A stretch of DNA of 64,000 bases, taken from assembly GCF_009914755.1 (NCBI RefSeq), contig NC_060944.1; one strand, 5' to 3'. Source of the stretch: the human T2T-CHM13v2.0 reference genome, Homo sapiens. The first letter of the stretch is position 1. Each line of letters starts with the position of its first letter. A program made the position numbers and the translations under genes. The notes below the pieces were generated by a model. That model saw only the letters and a program-made list of their open reading frames with translations, searched no databases and was not told where the DNA came from. Shown one piece after another: positions 1-13,300 of the stretch.

Positions 1-759
1 TTATTTTTTCTAATGTGTGAGTACTGTAAATAACATTGTACAACCTTATTAATATATCATTGTGAGATTCTCTGTTTGTATAGGTAAATTTTAGAAGTTC
101 CATTGCTTGGTCCAAGGGTATTATTTCTTCTAAGTTAACTGGCACATATTGCCAATGGTTACTATTGGAGTATTTGTATTTTTAACATTTGTATTTCATA
201 TTTCTTGCAAATATTTTCAAATATATTGGTTGCTTCTAAAATGCATTATTTATTTGAGACACATAATTTTCATTTTCATGTCAAATCTATTGGTGTTTTC
301 TTTGCATTCTTCCACTAACTTAGTAAGTCCTTCTCCGTGTTGAGAACAGTTATTCACCTATGATTTTGTTTTTTACACCGGACTCAATCCCACCTTTTTA
401 CATAAGGCACAATGAAATAAACTAATATTCTTTAGTATAATTTCCTAATGGGTTATATAATAACTCCATAGCCCGCCTCTAGAGATAGTAGTTTATATTC
501 CCTAATTTGCAGAAATGTTCAAATTGATAGTGGATAAGAGGAAATTATAATGCTCTCATGGTTGTCTCAAAAGATGTTTCAGGCCTATTGCATCCTTGAA
601 ATTCTATGAGTTTAAATTGCCTGATTTCTCCCTCTGTCTCTGGAACATTAGTGACATACATCGACATACATCACATACTTGTATGTTGTCCTTTTTCTAC
701 ACTTTGTGTGTGTGTATATATATTCTAACATATACATATATATAATGTTAAAAACTCAA

Positions 760-1050
760 TCATCAGAGGAGGATTAAACAGCTGATAAGGGATAATAGTA
801 GTGGTAATAGCATTCAAAAACGTTTGCTCTGTTCACTTACTGTCAATTACCTCATATTTCTTTCATTTATTGTACTTATCACAATCTGTAGTTATTTTGT
901 TTATTCATTTACTTGTTTATTTTCTTTCTCCCCCTCTCCAATGTAAGGTCCTCAAATCATGTCTTTCTGTTCATTGTTTTATTCCCTGCATCTTGCAGAA
1001 TTCTTGACATGGTAGGCACTCATCATATACTTGTTGATTAAGTACAGTAA
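760..1050. mobile_element. Degenerate L2 3' fragment in DEFB126 intron
   Basis: L2-like TGTAAGGTCCTC...GTCTTTCTGTTCATTG...GACATGGTAGGCACTCA...TTGTTGATT; boundaries approximate. Confidence 0.55.
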
Positions 1051-1865
1051 TGAGTTAAGCAAGGTAAGAAAGAGCTCCAGCGTCACTCTAGGGCCTCTAT
1101 GTGTTAAACCATGTGATGAGATATTTTCATATGTATATAATATGTACACATATATAGGCAAACCCTGCAGAATGTCTCCCTAATGAATATATTCCTAATG
1201 GAATGGCTTTTTTTATTCTCAAAATTTTGTAAAATGTACTTATATCTCAATATCATATAGGTATATAGGTATAGATGAAAATTTTTTATTTATCTTTCCA
1301 TAACTTGACATGACATTTTTAACCAGATAATATGTAAGATAAGCCTACAGTTATCTTCTAAATATAATTTTTAGGATCTCAGAAACATGTAAGGGACATT
1401 TTGAAAATCTCACCAATTGGCAACAAAAGCCATATGTGTTTCAGTAATGGTGAGAAAGATGACAGCAATTATTTTAGCATTTCTTATTTTTGAAATGATA
1501 GTTTTTACTTCTGTTTAGGTGTTTGTGTTTTAGCTACATTTTAGGAAATTGCTTGGGGATTTTGTGTTCATGTATAACAACATGCTATATATTTTCCCAT
1601 TTAAAATCATGGGGAATTGGCCCCTGGTAAGTGTTTGTATACAGAATTCTGATTTCAGAAATGAGAATCTCATACATATCTAAAGAATTCTATGTGTGTT
1701 TATAAAATTTCACTTAATCCTCAAAGTAGGTATTTATGATTAGGAAAAACATGCTAAAGCAACTGGAAAGGCACTTGAATAAACAGTGCTCAAAAACTAT
1801 TGCTATTTTTTATCCTCCTGTGATAAATACTTAGGCTTAATAATCTATATAATTCCTTTATTCAG

Positions 1866-2137
1866 GTAATTGGTATGTGAAAAAGTGTCTAAACGACGTT
1901 GGAATTTGCAAGAAGAAGTGCAAACCTGAAGAGATGCATGTAAAGAATGGTTGGGCAATGTGCGGCAAAGGGACTGCTGTGTTCCAGCTGACAGACGTGC
2001 TAATTATCCTGTTTTCTGTGTCCAGACAAAGACTACAAGAATTTCAACAGTAACAGCAACAACAGCAACAACAACTTTGATGATGACTACTGCTTCGATG
2101 TCTTCGATGGCTCCTACCCGTTTCTCCCACTGGTTGA
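1866..2137 (+). CDS. DEFB126: Beta-defensin 126, coding exon 2; allele with two frameshift deletions (this frame stops at TAA 2051-2053; native stop TGA 2135-2137). Exon 1 lies upstream of the window
   Basis: After acceptor TTCAG| (AG 1864-1865) the exon reads (G)[34 protein letters not shown]. The rest of the known protein, [50 protein letters not shown], is in another frame (ORF 1951..2499), and VSPTG* needs a second frame shift. Confidence 0.97.
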
Positions 2138-2177
2138 ACATTCCAGCCTCTGTCTCCTGCTCTAGGATCCCCGACTC

Positions 2178-2183
2178 ATTAAA
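2178..2183 (+). terminator. DEFB126: Probable DEFB126 polyadenylation signal ATTAAA
   Basis: ATTAAA 41 nt after the native stop, followed by a GT/T-rich tract (TTCTGGTGTCAGTTTTCTCT). Confidence 0.7.
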
Positions 2184-2419
2184 GCAAAGAGGCTTATTCT
2201 GGTGTCAGTTTTCTCTCTACAGCCCCCTTCCCACTTTCCCTCCATTCAACAGTGTCTGGAAGGGCACCACAATTTCACTGCACTCGCATTTCTATGGTAG
2301 AAATGCAAATAAGATAGGGGCCAGGAACAAGGAAGGGTTAGTCCAAAACACCCACTCAGGAATGATAGATAGTAGCAATGTCCTCCTTGAAGACAGTTCT
2401 AGGACCACAGCTTGCCACA

Positions 2420-2596
2420 GCAATTATCATCAAACTTCATGTACATCAGAAACACCTGGAGAGATGGCTAAAGCACAGATTTCTAGGGCTCACTTTTAGT
2501 TTCCAATTCTGCAGGGGAGCTTGAGAATTTGCATTGCTCACAAGTTCCCAGGTGATGCTAGGGTTGCTGGTCCAGGCACCACACTGTGAGAACAAT
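2420..2596. mobile_element. MER5A-like hAT DNA transposon fossil
   Basis: CATCAGAAACACCTGGAGAG...GAATTTGCATT...CAAGTTCCCAGGTGATGCT...CACCACACTGTGAGAAC matches the MER5A pattern. Confidence 0.7.
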
Positions 2597-5458
2597 TAGC
2601 TTATAATATGAAAGGATTGAAAGCCGACTGTGAATGTGATTTTCTACAGATTGAAGGCTGCATTTCCTATGTAGTTTTGGAGTAGATAGTAATACAAAAT
2701 CATCCTACAGAATCCTCCGACAACAAACTGAGATTGTAGGTATTATAACCTCACTTTAGAGAATAGGAAACTTGATTTCTAAGCATTAGAAGACTGGGAC
2801 AGACTAAATTGACTACTGAGAACATTCTGTCACTGCACCATGAGGTTGCCCAATTTTCTTCTCACCCTGGAAATCCTCATTCATAGCTTCCAACTTAAAT
2901 ATGATGAAAGGGAGATCAAGAGCTCTATAATGTGTCCTGAATGTTAGGACAGGCACTCATCCCAAGCAATAGAATGTTTTCCGTACATTACATTACATTG
3001 ATGCTCTGCCTGCACCAATAAGAGAATATGACTGGGTGTATCATAGTCATCCATCCATGCCTCAGGCCCACTTCCCTGATAGTTGGACAGGGAGAATAGG
3101 GAATGCAGATGCCTTCGCTTTCTGGACACTTACAGTAGCTGTGTTTGTCTTTGTCATCTCAGTTTGCTCACTTATGAAATGCTAGCGTTTTACTCAGTAT
3201 CTTTCTCCCCACCCCTGTCATAGTACATCTTTCTGATTCTGAAGATATAAGATTGGCTTATGTTTTGTGGGGTCAACTTCACCTTTGACCCCATAAGATC
3301 CTAGAGATTTAATGTAGATATATAAAAGTTGGAGAAAACATTGGTGGAAGGGTTTTCTCCACTATAGACACAAATCCATGAGTGTCATCACAGACTCCTT
3401 TTCCTTCTTCACTTGATTCCAGTGAAGATCCATGTTCATTCTACCACCTCCAATATGTACCATGACCTCTATCTCCAGCTGCTGCTAGGATGATTGCAAT
3501 AGCCTTCCCATTGATTGCCCTGCCTTCCTTTCACACTCACGCCTAACTATCCTCCACAATGAGAGCCAGAATCATTTTTCTGAAACACAGATCTAATCAT
3601 TAGACTCCCCTCTGGCATCTTTTCCCATAGCATCCTAAGACAACTCTTCAGAGCAGCCTTCATCACTCTTGGCATTCAGAACCTGCCTTGCGTTTCCAGT
3701 TTTACCTCCAAAGCACTGTCACAGGGCATCTTGCTATCCCACCAACATACCTCTTCGTGATTGGTTTGAACTCACTGGATTGCTTCTGGTTTTGAGTTTT
3801 TGTACATACTTTTCTGTCTCCATTTATAACTGCCTGGAAAAAAATCTTTATTTTCTTCTGGAGGACTTTGATAACCACACTGTTCTACCCACAATAGAAC
3901 TACTGCCACCATTTGTGCTCCACTGTTATGACTTACCCAGAATTTTAAGTCATCATGTCACATGCCTCACTCTGAATATCTGCTTATGTCTTCTCCCCTA
4001 CTGGACTTTGAAATTTTATTTAGGAACAGGAACCATCTTATCTTCTCTTTCTCCTACCATCCCCTAACAAGATTCTATATTAATTCTTGTTGAATAAGTA
4101 AGAGGGATTCTCGAAGGCCAGAAAGATCTTTGGATGTTACTGAAATCTCATTTTTATTTATTTTAGATCTTCTCCAGGAAACAGGCTTCTGTCTCCTTTA
4201 GAAGACATATCTATGATCTATGTCATTACATAGTAGAGGAGTTTTGAGAGGTGGCTTGTCCCATGTGGTAGGACATCATTGCCTCTTACACCCATGCTTA
4301 TCTTTGCAGGCAGAACTCATGAACTCACACAAGAAGGTGGGCAGATGGAAGCAAGTTACTTCAGCAGAGGAGAATAGTAGGAAAAAAACATAACTTTAGA
4401 GCTGGATGTATCTGAGGTCATTCATGATCCCACCATATATCCACTCTTGGACCACAGACAAATGATTTCCCATCTTCGAGCCTGTTACTGAATTTGAAGA
4501 ACAGAGAAAATACTCAGTCCCACTCAAGGTACTTTGAGGGTTGCCAGAGTAATCTATTAAAATGTTAATCATATCATAGGGATTCAGCTGTAACAGGTTG
4601 TTCCCTGGATAAGAAACAGTACAGCACATTTCCCCAGGGCCCTGCCCACTGGGCCTTGGCTGTCTTGCCTGAGTATGGGTGATTATAGCCTATGTTTCAC
4701 CTGGGGGAAGACGCATTAGGCTGAGAAGAGTGTAACAGAGTTGAGGGTCATGGGATCTCTTTGAACAGCCAGATGAGATTTTAAAGGTTCTAGTAGAACT
4801 TGCTGTGCTTACTTTTCAATAATCACCTTGATCACTACCTTGGAAACATCTTAGAGCTATTATCACATTGATTCTAGACGATGAATATAATCTCAGTGCT
4901 GCAGCCTGAAACATTGTCCTCCTGTCCTCTTGCCTTATATCTCATCCGTCCTTCACGCAGTGCTGGAACTTAGGTGGCAAATATTCTTTTCCCACTTTGG
5001 AGTTGACTAATGGCATTAGGAGGCCAAGGGAAAAGGAATCTTTATGGTGAGAGAAACTGCAATGTGCCAAGCACATTAATACACAATTTCTTAAACAAAA
5101 GCATTGTATGATAATTATGACAACATGATTAAAGCTGAGGAACCTGGAGTAAAATGTATCTAGGGTTACATCTAGGTTTGTTCCTTACTACTTTTACTCA
5201 TCATGTGGTCTCTATATCAATTTCTTCATTTGCAAGACAGGTATAATCATGCATCTACCTCTTAGAATCACTCTAAAAATTAAAATAGATAAGGCATATA
5301 GGTCACCGTGATCTCTAGCACCAATGAAATTCTAAGAAATGTAGATTTTAAAAGGCATATGAGATATAGGTTATTCTGGTTTAAAATATGAAACGTTTAA
5401 AAAATAAAATATGTAAATCCTGAGTTTCCGGGAGAAAAAGGGTCTTGCACAAGAACAA

Positions 5459-5734
5459 CCATATTTGGGAGGCAATTTTACCTGTTCTCAAGGCCGCATC
5501 TCTACCCCATCTCATGCGAATCCTGACCCATATTTGGGAGGCAATTTTACCTGTTCTCAAGGCCGCATCTCTACCCCATCTCATGCGAATCCTGACCCAT
5601 ATTTGGGAAGCAATTTTACCTGTTCTCAAGGCCGCATCTCTACCCCATCTCATGCGAATCCTGACCCATATTTGGGAGGCAATTTTACCTGTTCTCAAGG
5701 CCGCATCTCTACCCCATCTCATGCGAATCCTGAC
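5459..5734. repeat. Minisatellite/VNTR, 69-bp unit x 4
   Basis: Unit ATATTTGGGAGGCAATTTTACCTGTTCTCAAGGCCGCATCTCTACCCCATCTCATGCGAATCCTGACCC starts at 5461, 5530, 5599 and 5668; one substitution in copy 3. Confidence 0.97.
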
Positions 5735-6589
5735 GATGTCCTCAAAGCTGAATAAATTTTTGCCTTAAATAAATTAAACGAGATTTAGATTTCACCAGTC
5801 ACTGATACTCAATCCCAATTGGATATTCATTCAAAAGTCTGACTTCTCTCCTGAGGTGAGAGTAAGATTCCTGGGCACTTTTTCATAATACTTACCTTAA
5901 CCTAGCTAAACACAATGGACACTCTTCTTTGAGGTGTCAGTGGAAATTAAGAGGAGAGTCTGAACTCTTACCTCCCACATGGGGCTTGCAGACAGGTGAA
6001 GATGGCGCTCCTCCCCTTTGTTGGTAATGGAGACCTAGAAGAAAGGCTGGGCATCCAGCTCCCACGCAGTCATATGAAGCAGCCCAGAGCAACATTCCCC
6101 TTCACTGCCTGTGCGGTGGCAGTAGAGACCTAGCAGTAGAGACCTAGCTGGGAGTCAGATCTCCCATCCCTCAACCAGTGGTAGTGATTGGCCTGGGGAG
6201 GAATCCCTTCCCTGCTGGTGCCATGTCAGTGAAAACTGAGGGGAGACTGAAATTGCCCTTCCTTCCAATAGTATAAAAGGCCTGAAGCAGACTTCCCTTC
6301 CCAGCCAGTACATTACCATTGAAGACCAAGGGGTGGTCTCAACTTCAATCCCTAGGGAGCCGTGGCTGGCATCAACCCTCCTTCCAGTCAGTGAGGATAG
6401 AGGATAGGAGGGTGCTGGAAAATAGGTGTCTTTAAAACTGAATAATGTTGTTTTTACCACAATTTTAAAAACTGAATAAGAAGACATGGCAGACCCCTGA
6501 AACTGGATAACTACACACGGAACTAACCAGAATTAACATGCAGAAGGTTTGAGAATAGAACTGCAGTGGGGAATACCACCTAGATTTTT

Positions 6590-7999
6590 AAAATAACAAC
6601 TTGTATATATTTAAGGATATATGCAATATGATGTTTTGATATACATAGACATAGTAAAATGATTGCTATAATCAAATTAACATATCCTTCTCTTCACATA
6701 GTTATCATTTTTTGAGGAGACAGCACCTGAAATCCATCTTCTTAGCAAATTTCTAGTATACAACACCATATTATTAACTAGAGTCCCCATACTGCCCTTT
6801 AGCTCTCTAGACTTTATCCTACACAACTTCAACTTTGTACCCTTCGACGAGCATCCCCCCATTTCCTCCACCACCCGCCCCACCCCTGATAATCACTGGT
6901 CTACACTCTTCTATGTATTTGAATTTTTAAATTCCATGTATAAGTGAGATCATGCTGTACTTTTTTTCTGTGTCTGTCTTATTTCACTTAGCATAATGTC
7001 CTCTGGGTTCATCCATGTTGTTCTGAATGGCAAGCTCTCCTTTGTCAAGGCTGAATAATATGCCATTGTATATATATACAATTTATTTAGTGTGTTCATC
7101 TATCGATGTCGATAGATGATAATGTCTTCATCTATCAGCTTAGGTTGATTTCATATCTTGGCTATTGTGAATAATGCTGAGCACAGATATCTCTACATGG
7201 TGCCGATTTCATTTCTTTTTGGTATATACCAAGATGAGGGATTGATGGCTCATATACTAGTTCTGTTTTTATTTTTTTGAGAAGCCTCCATACTGTTTTA
7301 CATCATTGTTGTACTAATTTACATTTCCACCAACAGTGCGCAAAAGTTCCCTTTACATTCTCACCAACACTTGTGATCTGTCTTTGTGATAATAGTCATC
7401 CTAACAAGTGTGAAGTGATTTCTCATTGTGCTTTTGATTTGCATTTCCCTGATGATTAGTGATGTTGAGCACCTTTCCATACACTTGTTAGCCACTTTTA
7501 TTTCTTCTCCAGAAATATTTCTGTTCGTGTCTTTGCCCAATTTTCAAGTGGGCTCTTTGTTTTTTGCTACTGAGTTGTGTATGTTTCTTATATGTTTTTT
7601 ATATTAACCTTATGTGATATATGGTGGGCAAGTATTTTCCTCCCATCCCATAAACTGCCTTCTCACTCTGTTGACTGTTTCCTTTGCTGTGCAACAAATG
7701 ATCTTCAATGATAATACAAAGAATATGCAATACAGAAATGATAGTCACTTCAACAGATGGTGTTGGGAAAACTGGATTTCCACAGGCAGAACAAATGAAA
7801 TGGATCCTTATCTTACACCACACACACACACACACAAACTCAAAATGGATTTAAAGACTTAAATGTGAGCCTGGCAAACTTAAAACTCCTAAAATAAAAC
7901 AGAAGGGAATATCTTTATGACTTTGGTCTAGGCAACAGTTGCTTGAATATGACATCAAAACCACAAGCAACAAAAGCAAAAATATATTAGTGGGACTAT
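6590..7999 (-). mobile_element. Old L1MA-type LINE-1 3' fragment with 5' inversion (minus 6590-~7693, plus ~7694-7999)
   Basis: L1MA-like 3' UTR on the minus strand up to TTTCCTTTGCTGTGCA, then the adjoining upstream ORF2 segment in plus orientation ending GTGGGACTAT. Confidence 0.7.
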
Positions 8000-8058
8000 G
8001 GATACATTTGAAACAAACTACAAACTAGTAAAATCTCAGCAAAGAAATAGAAGATATA

Positions 8059-8394
<336 letters not shown>

Positions 8395-9199
8395 TCAAAT
8401 GGAAATTATAAATTTATGAAATGTAATCAAAGTAAAAAAGAAAAAGTCACTGTATAGGCTCAATAGTAGATGGAACATGACAGAGGAAAAAATAAGACAG
8501 ATCTATAGAATTACCCAATCTAAAAACAGAGAAAAATAGACTGATAAAAATGAACAGAGCCACAGATACCTGTGGGACATAAAAAGATCTAATGTTCATG
8601 TCATCAGAGTCCTCAAGGAGAGGGAGAGTGTGGAACTGAAAAAAATATTTGAAGGAATAATGCCTGAAAAATATCCCAAGTGTGGCAGAATACATACATC
8701 TGTAATTCAAGATCTTGAATTAACCCAAAACAAGATAAACCCAAAGAAATCCATGCCAAGATAAAGTATAATCAAACTAAAACTAATAGCTAGAGACAGA
8801 AAAAAATCAAGCGAGCATTCAGAAACAATACACCACCCATGGTAAAACAATGGTTTGATTGATGGGATTTGTCATCTGAAACCATGGAAGCAAAAAAGAA
8901 ATGTCATCACATGTTTCAAATGCCAAAATAAAGAACTATCAAATCCAAATCCTATATCTAGCAAAAAAAAAAAAAAAAAAAGTTCTCTAGGAATAAACAG
9001 GGAAAGAAAAACATTCTCAAACAAGAAACAATTAAGGGAATTTGTCACTAGCAGCCCTATCCTAAAAATATAGTCAAAGAAAGTTCTCTAAACCAAAATG
9101 ATAACCGGGGGCTTGGAACTTCAGAAAGGAAGAAGTCGAAGTCAATAGAATGGGTAAAATGGGAGGTGAATATAATAGACTATGCTTTTTTTTTTGCTT

Positions 9200-9462
9200 T
9201 ATTTTTTTTTTATGCTTTCTTTTCTTGAGATAGTGTCTGGCTCTGTCGCCCGGACAGGAGTGCAGTGGTACAATCTCAGCTCACTGCAGCCTCGACCTCC
9301 TGGGATCAAAGGATCTTCCCTCCTGAGCCCAGTGAGTAGCTGGGACCACAGGAGCCGGCTAATTTTTATATTTTTTTGTAGAGACAGGGTTTCACTGTGT
9401 TGCCCAGGCTGGTCTCGAACTCTTAGACTCAAGCAATCTGCTGCCTCGGCCTCCCAAAGTGA
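9200..9462 (-). mobile_element. AluJ-like, 5' truncated
   Basis: Reverse-strand Alu with poly-T head. Confidence 0.88.
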
Positions 9463-10036
9463 GACTATCTTTTTATTAAAGAGTTTTGAAATCATGTTTG
9501 GTAGATTGAAGCAAAAATTGTAACATTGTCTGATGTGGTTCTAAATAGATGTAGAGGAAGTACTTAAACATTATAAGCTGGGTAAGGCAAAGAAATTTAA
9601 AGTGAGGTAAGTTTTTATACTTCATTCAAACTTGTAAAACTTTGACACCGTAGACTGTGATAAGTTAGGTACAGCAACCACTAAAAAAAATAAATAAATA
9701 CAATAAGAAATTATAGCTAAATTATAGTGGAATTCTAAGGAACAAATAGAAAACAAAATATAAAATGGTAACTTAATCCCTAACATGTATCAAAAAGATA
9801 CCCCATACAAATATTAATCATAAGAAAGTAGGAATGGCTATATTAACATCAGTTAAAGCAGACTTCAGAGCAAAACAAATTATCAAGGGCAGAGAGGGAA
9901 ATTATATAATGCCAAAAGGGTCAATCAACCAAGAAGACATGGCAGCCCTGATCGTCCACAAACTGAAAACCAGAGTTTCAAAATACCTGAAGCAAAAACT
10001 GATAAAACTAAGAGGAGAAATAAATTTACAATATCA

Positions 10037-10312
10037 GGCCAGGCGTGGTGACTCATCCCTGTAATTCCAGCACTTTGGGAGGCTGAGGCAGGCAAATCAC
10101 TTGAGCTTGGGAGTTTGAGATCACCTGAGGCAACATAGTGAGACCCCCCTCTCTACAAAAGATACAAAAACTAAGGTGTGGTGGCCCACGCCTGTTGTCC
10201 CAGCTACTCAGGAGGCTGACATGGAAGGCTTGAGCCCGGGACATCGAGGCTGCCGTGAGCTGTGCACTCCAGCCTGGGTGACAGAGCGAGACTCCGTCTC
10301 AAAAAAAAAAAA
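10037..10312 (+). mobile_element. AluJ-like with TSD
   Basis: Dimer plus poly-A; flanked by TTACAATATCA on both sides. Confidence 0.9.
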
Positions 10313-13300
10313 ATTACAATATCAACTTCAACAGTTGACAGATAGGACAACTAGACATAAAATCCACAAGGGTGTAGAAGAATTTAAAAATACCACAAAG
10401 CAACAGGATCTAATAGACATTTATAAAACATTTCATCCAACAACAATGGAATACACTCCTTGGTGTTTATGCCAAGGAAATGAAAGTGTTTTTCTCCACA
10501 ACTCCTGGGCAGGAATATCAATGGTAGTGTTATTTATAATAGCCCAAAAGAGTAAACAACCAAAACGTCATTCAACAGGTGAATGACTAACATAGGGTGG
10601 TACATCCATACAATGGAATACTTCTCAGCAGTAAAAAAAAAAAAAAAAATGAATTATTGATACATGCAACAGCTTATATAGATTATAAGAGCATTATGCT
10701 GAGTGACGAAAAAAGACAAAGGGTCACATAGTGTGTGACTATATTCACATAACATTGTCTAAAAATTATGAAATGTAGAACAAATTAGTGCTTGCCAGGG
10801 GTTATGAATAGTCAGGAGAGGGAGGGAAATATGCCAGTAAGACAATAAGAGAGGGAGATCTTTTCATAATGAATAATTCTGTATTTTGATTTGTTGATGG
10901 TTAAATGAATCTAAGAAGGATCTGATAATCTAGTATTAGACGCATAGTACAGTAGTGAACTTTCAGCCTCTAGAGAAGTTTGCATTCACAGGAAGACTAT
11001 AAATAACTTCCAATAGAAGTAACTAAAAAGATGGAAATGTTCTAAATCTGTACTATACAATATGTTAGCCACTGGTCATGTGGTTGTAAAGCACTTGATA
11101 TGTGCTCTATAATATTTTGAGCAAGTTTCTTATGTTTTCTGTGCCTTTGAGTTTCTCATTTGTAGAATGGAGATAATAATATCTACCTCAAAGTGTTGCT
11201 GTAAAGGTAAATGAGTTTATGTATGTAAGACACCGACAGGAGTGCCAGCACATAGAAAGTGTTATACAAGGGTTAGCCATTTGTTATTGTCATTGTTGTG
11301 TTTTGTTCTCTTTCTAATGTCTGGACCTTCAAATGATTCAGACTCATGGGACCATACTTCATTCTGTTTTTATAATTTTAACCTGTAAGATTCTCATTTT
11401 AATTGGAATTTCATATTTAGGAATTCTTGGGTGCCTTGGATATATGAAGAAAAGATTCACATCTGCTTCCACTAAACAACTAGCGAATTAACAACTGAGA
11501 TTTCTTATAATTAAATTATTTACTTGATTTTTTTAATCCATATAAATAGCTTGAACTTAGGTTGAAACCCATGAGAATTTGTGGCTACAGTTCATAGGGT
11601 TAATATTTACCTTCTCCATCCAGAGCCAAGGTTAATGCTGACAAAATACAATCTAATACAGATTAATCTGTGTGTGTGTGTATGTATACACTCGTGTCAG
11701 AGAGAGAGATTTCATTCTTCCTTAGGCTGAGATTGTTGCCTTTGAATCTCAGGTTTATATAAGGGTATCAATTATATGTCTTCCCTAGGACTAGATCTTA
11801 GCTTTATACATCTCACATAGCCATCAAAATAATGTTCAACTTATCTTTCAGGGTTTGCAATCTTAGTTTTTGGCCTGTGCAGATTCCTTTCATTTTTGAC
11901 GGTTTCTCAATGCAGTAATTTCCTTTTTACATTTACCCAACTTTTTTGGTTATTTTCACCAGATACATTGTTCAATATATCTATTCTACTATATTCTATT
12001 AATAACAGTCTACTATATATGTGTCTTATTGTCTAATATTGCTGAAATCTTTTTTTAATCCAATAATGAATCTCTGTCATCTAATCAGTGAGTTTAAGCC
12101 ATGTGAATGTATTATAACTACTGATCTATTAGGACTTTTTTCTGCCCTCCAGTTGTGACTTATCTATTCCTCATTTTTTTTAGTTTCTGTTGGATGGATC
12201 ATATGTTCTTCTGCTAATATGAATATTATAATTTTATTTTTATTTGTTTTATTAAAAATTTGTCCTTGCTCTTAGGACCCATTCCTATCCTTATATTTAT
12301 TATTACTAATTTAACATCCAGCTTCAGAAATACAACTTTAATAGGAAGGCTTTTTGTATTTCTCCTGACTGCTCAGACTTAGGGTCTTTATTTGATGCTC
12401 CACCACCAAGTCACCTATAAGGAAAGTTTGCATTCACAGGAAGACTATAAATAATAAAACCAATCCCTTGACTAGGACTTAAACCATGTAAAAGCTGGTG
12501 GCAAAAGTAAAGGGAGGTGACCCTTGAGACCTCTGAGGTAACTGCTCTTAAATTTACATTTGCCTCTAAAAAGGATTTCTTATATGTCAACATCTCTCTG
12601 TTTAAACATATTCTTGTGTAAAACCACTACGTGACCTGAATAATGGCCATAGGGCTCATCTCTAAGCCAACTGGCTTATTTATTTAATGCATCTCAGTGG
12701 TTAACAGGGTTGAAATTTTTTGAAAACTGCAATCAATGATCAAAGAATGATCTAGGTAAACATCGATTCCTTGTGGCAACATTTTAATATTTTCAAAGAC
12801 AAGGTACAACTGGTAGAAAAAAAATACCCTCATGCATCTTTTTCTTCTAATTGTGGTAAAATATATGACATAACATTGGCCATTTTAGCCATTTTTCCTT
12901 TTATTTTTAGTTGACACATAATTGTACTTATTTATAGGATACAAAGTGATATTTCAATACATGCATATAATGTGTAATGATCAAACCAGGGTAATTAGCA
13001 TATCCGTCACCTCAGACATTTATCATTTGTATTGGGAACATTCAAAATCCTCTCTTCTAGCCTTTTAAAAGTATACAATAAATTGTAGTTAACCATATTC
13101 ACCTTACAGTGCTACAACACCAGAAGTCATTCCTCCTATCTATAATTTTGCATCCATTAGCCAATCTCTCTCCATCCTCCCCTCTCCCTAATCATTACCA
13201 GCCTCTAATATTAATATCTGCAACACTACTCTCTACTTCCATGTGCTCAACTTTTTTAGCTCCCATATATAAATAGGAACATGTGGTAATCTTTCTGTGC

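Noticed and set aside
1951-2499. 182-aa ORF as a novel protein
   Set aside because: Starts at TTG inside DEFB126 exon 2; it is the native frame between the two deletions plus read-through past the poly(A) signal.
5381-5768. Repetitive ORFs on both strands, or a CRISPR-like array
   Set aside because: Pure head-to-tail 69-bp repeat with no spacers; the open frames follow from the unit length being a multiple of 3.
6119-6148. Short tandem duplications (14 bp here; GTGGAGCTCAAC x2 near 16184-16208)
   Set aside because: Ordinary slippage duplications with no further structure.
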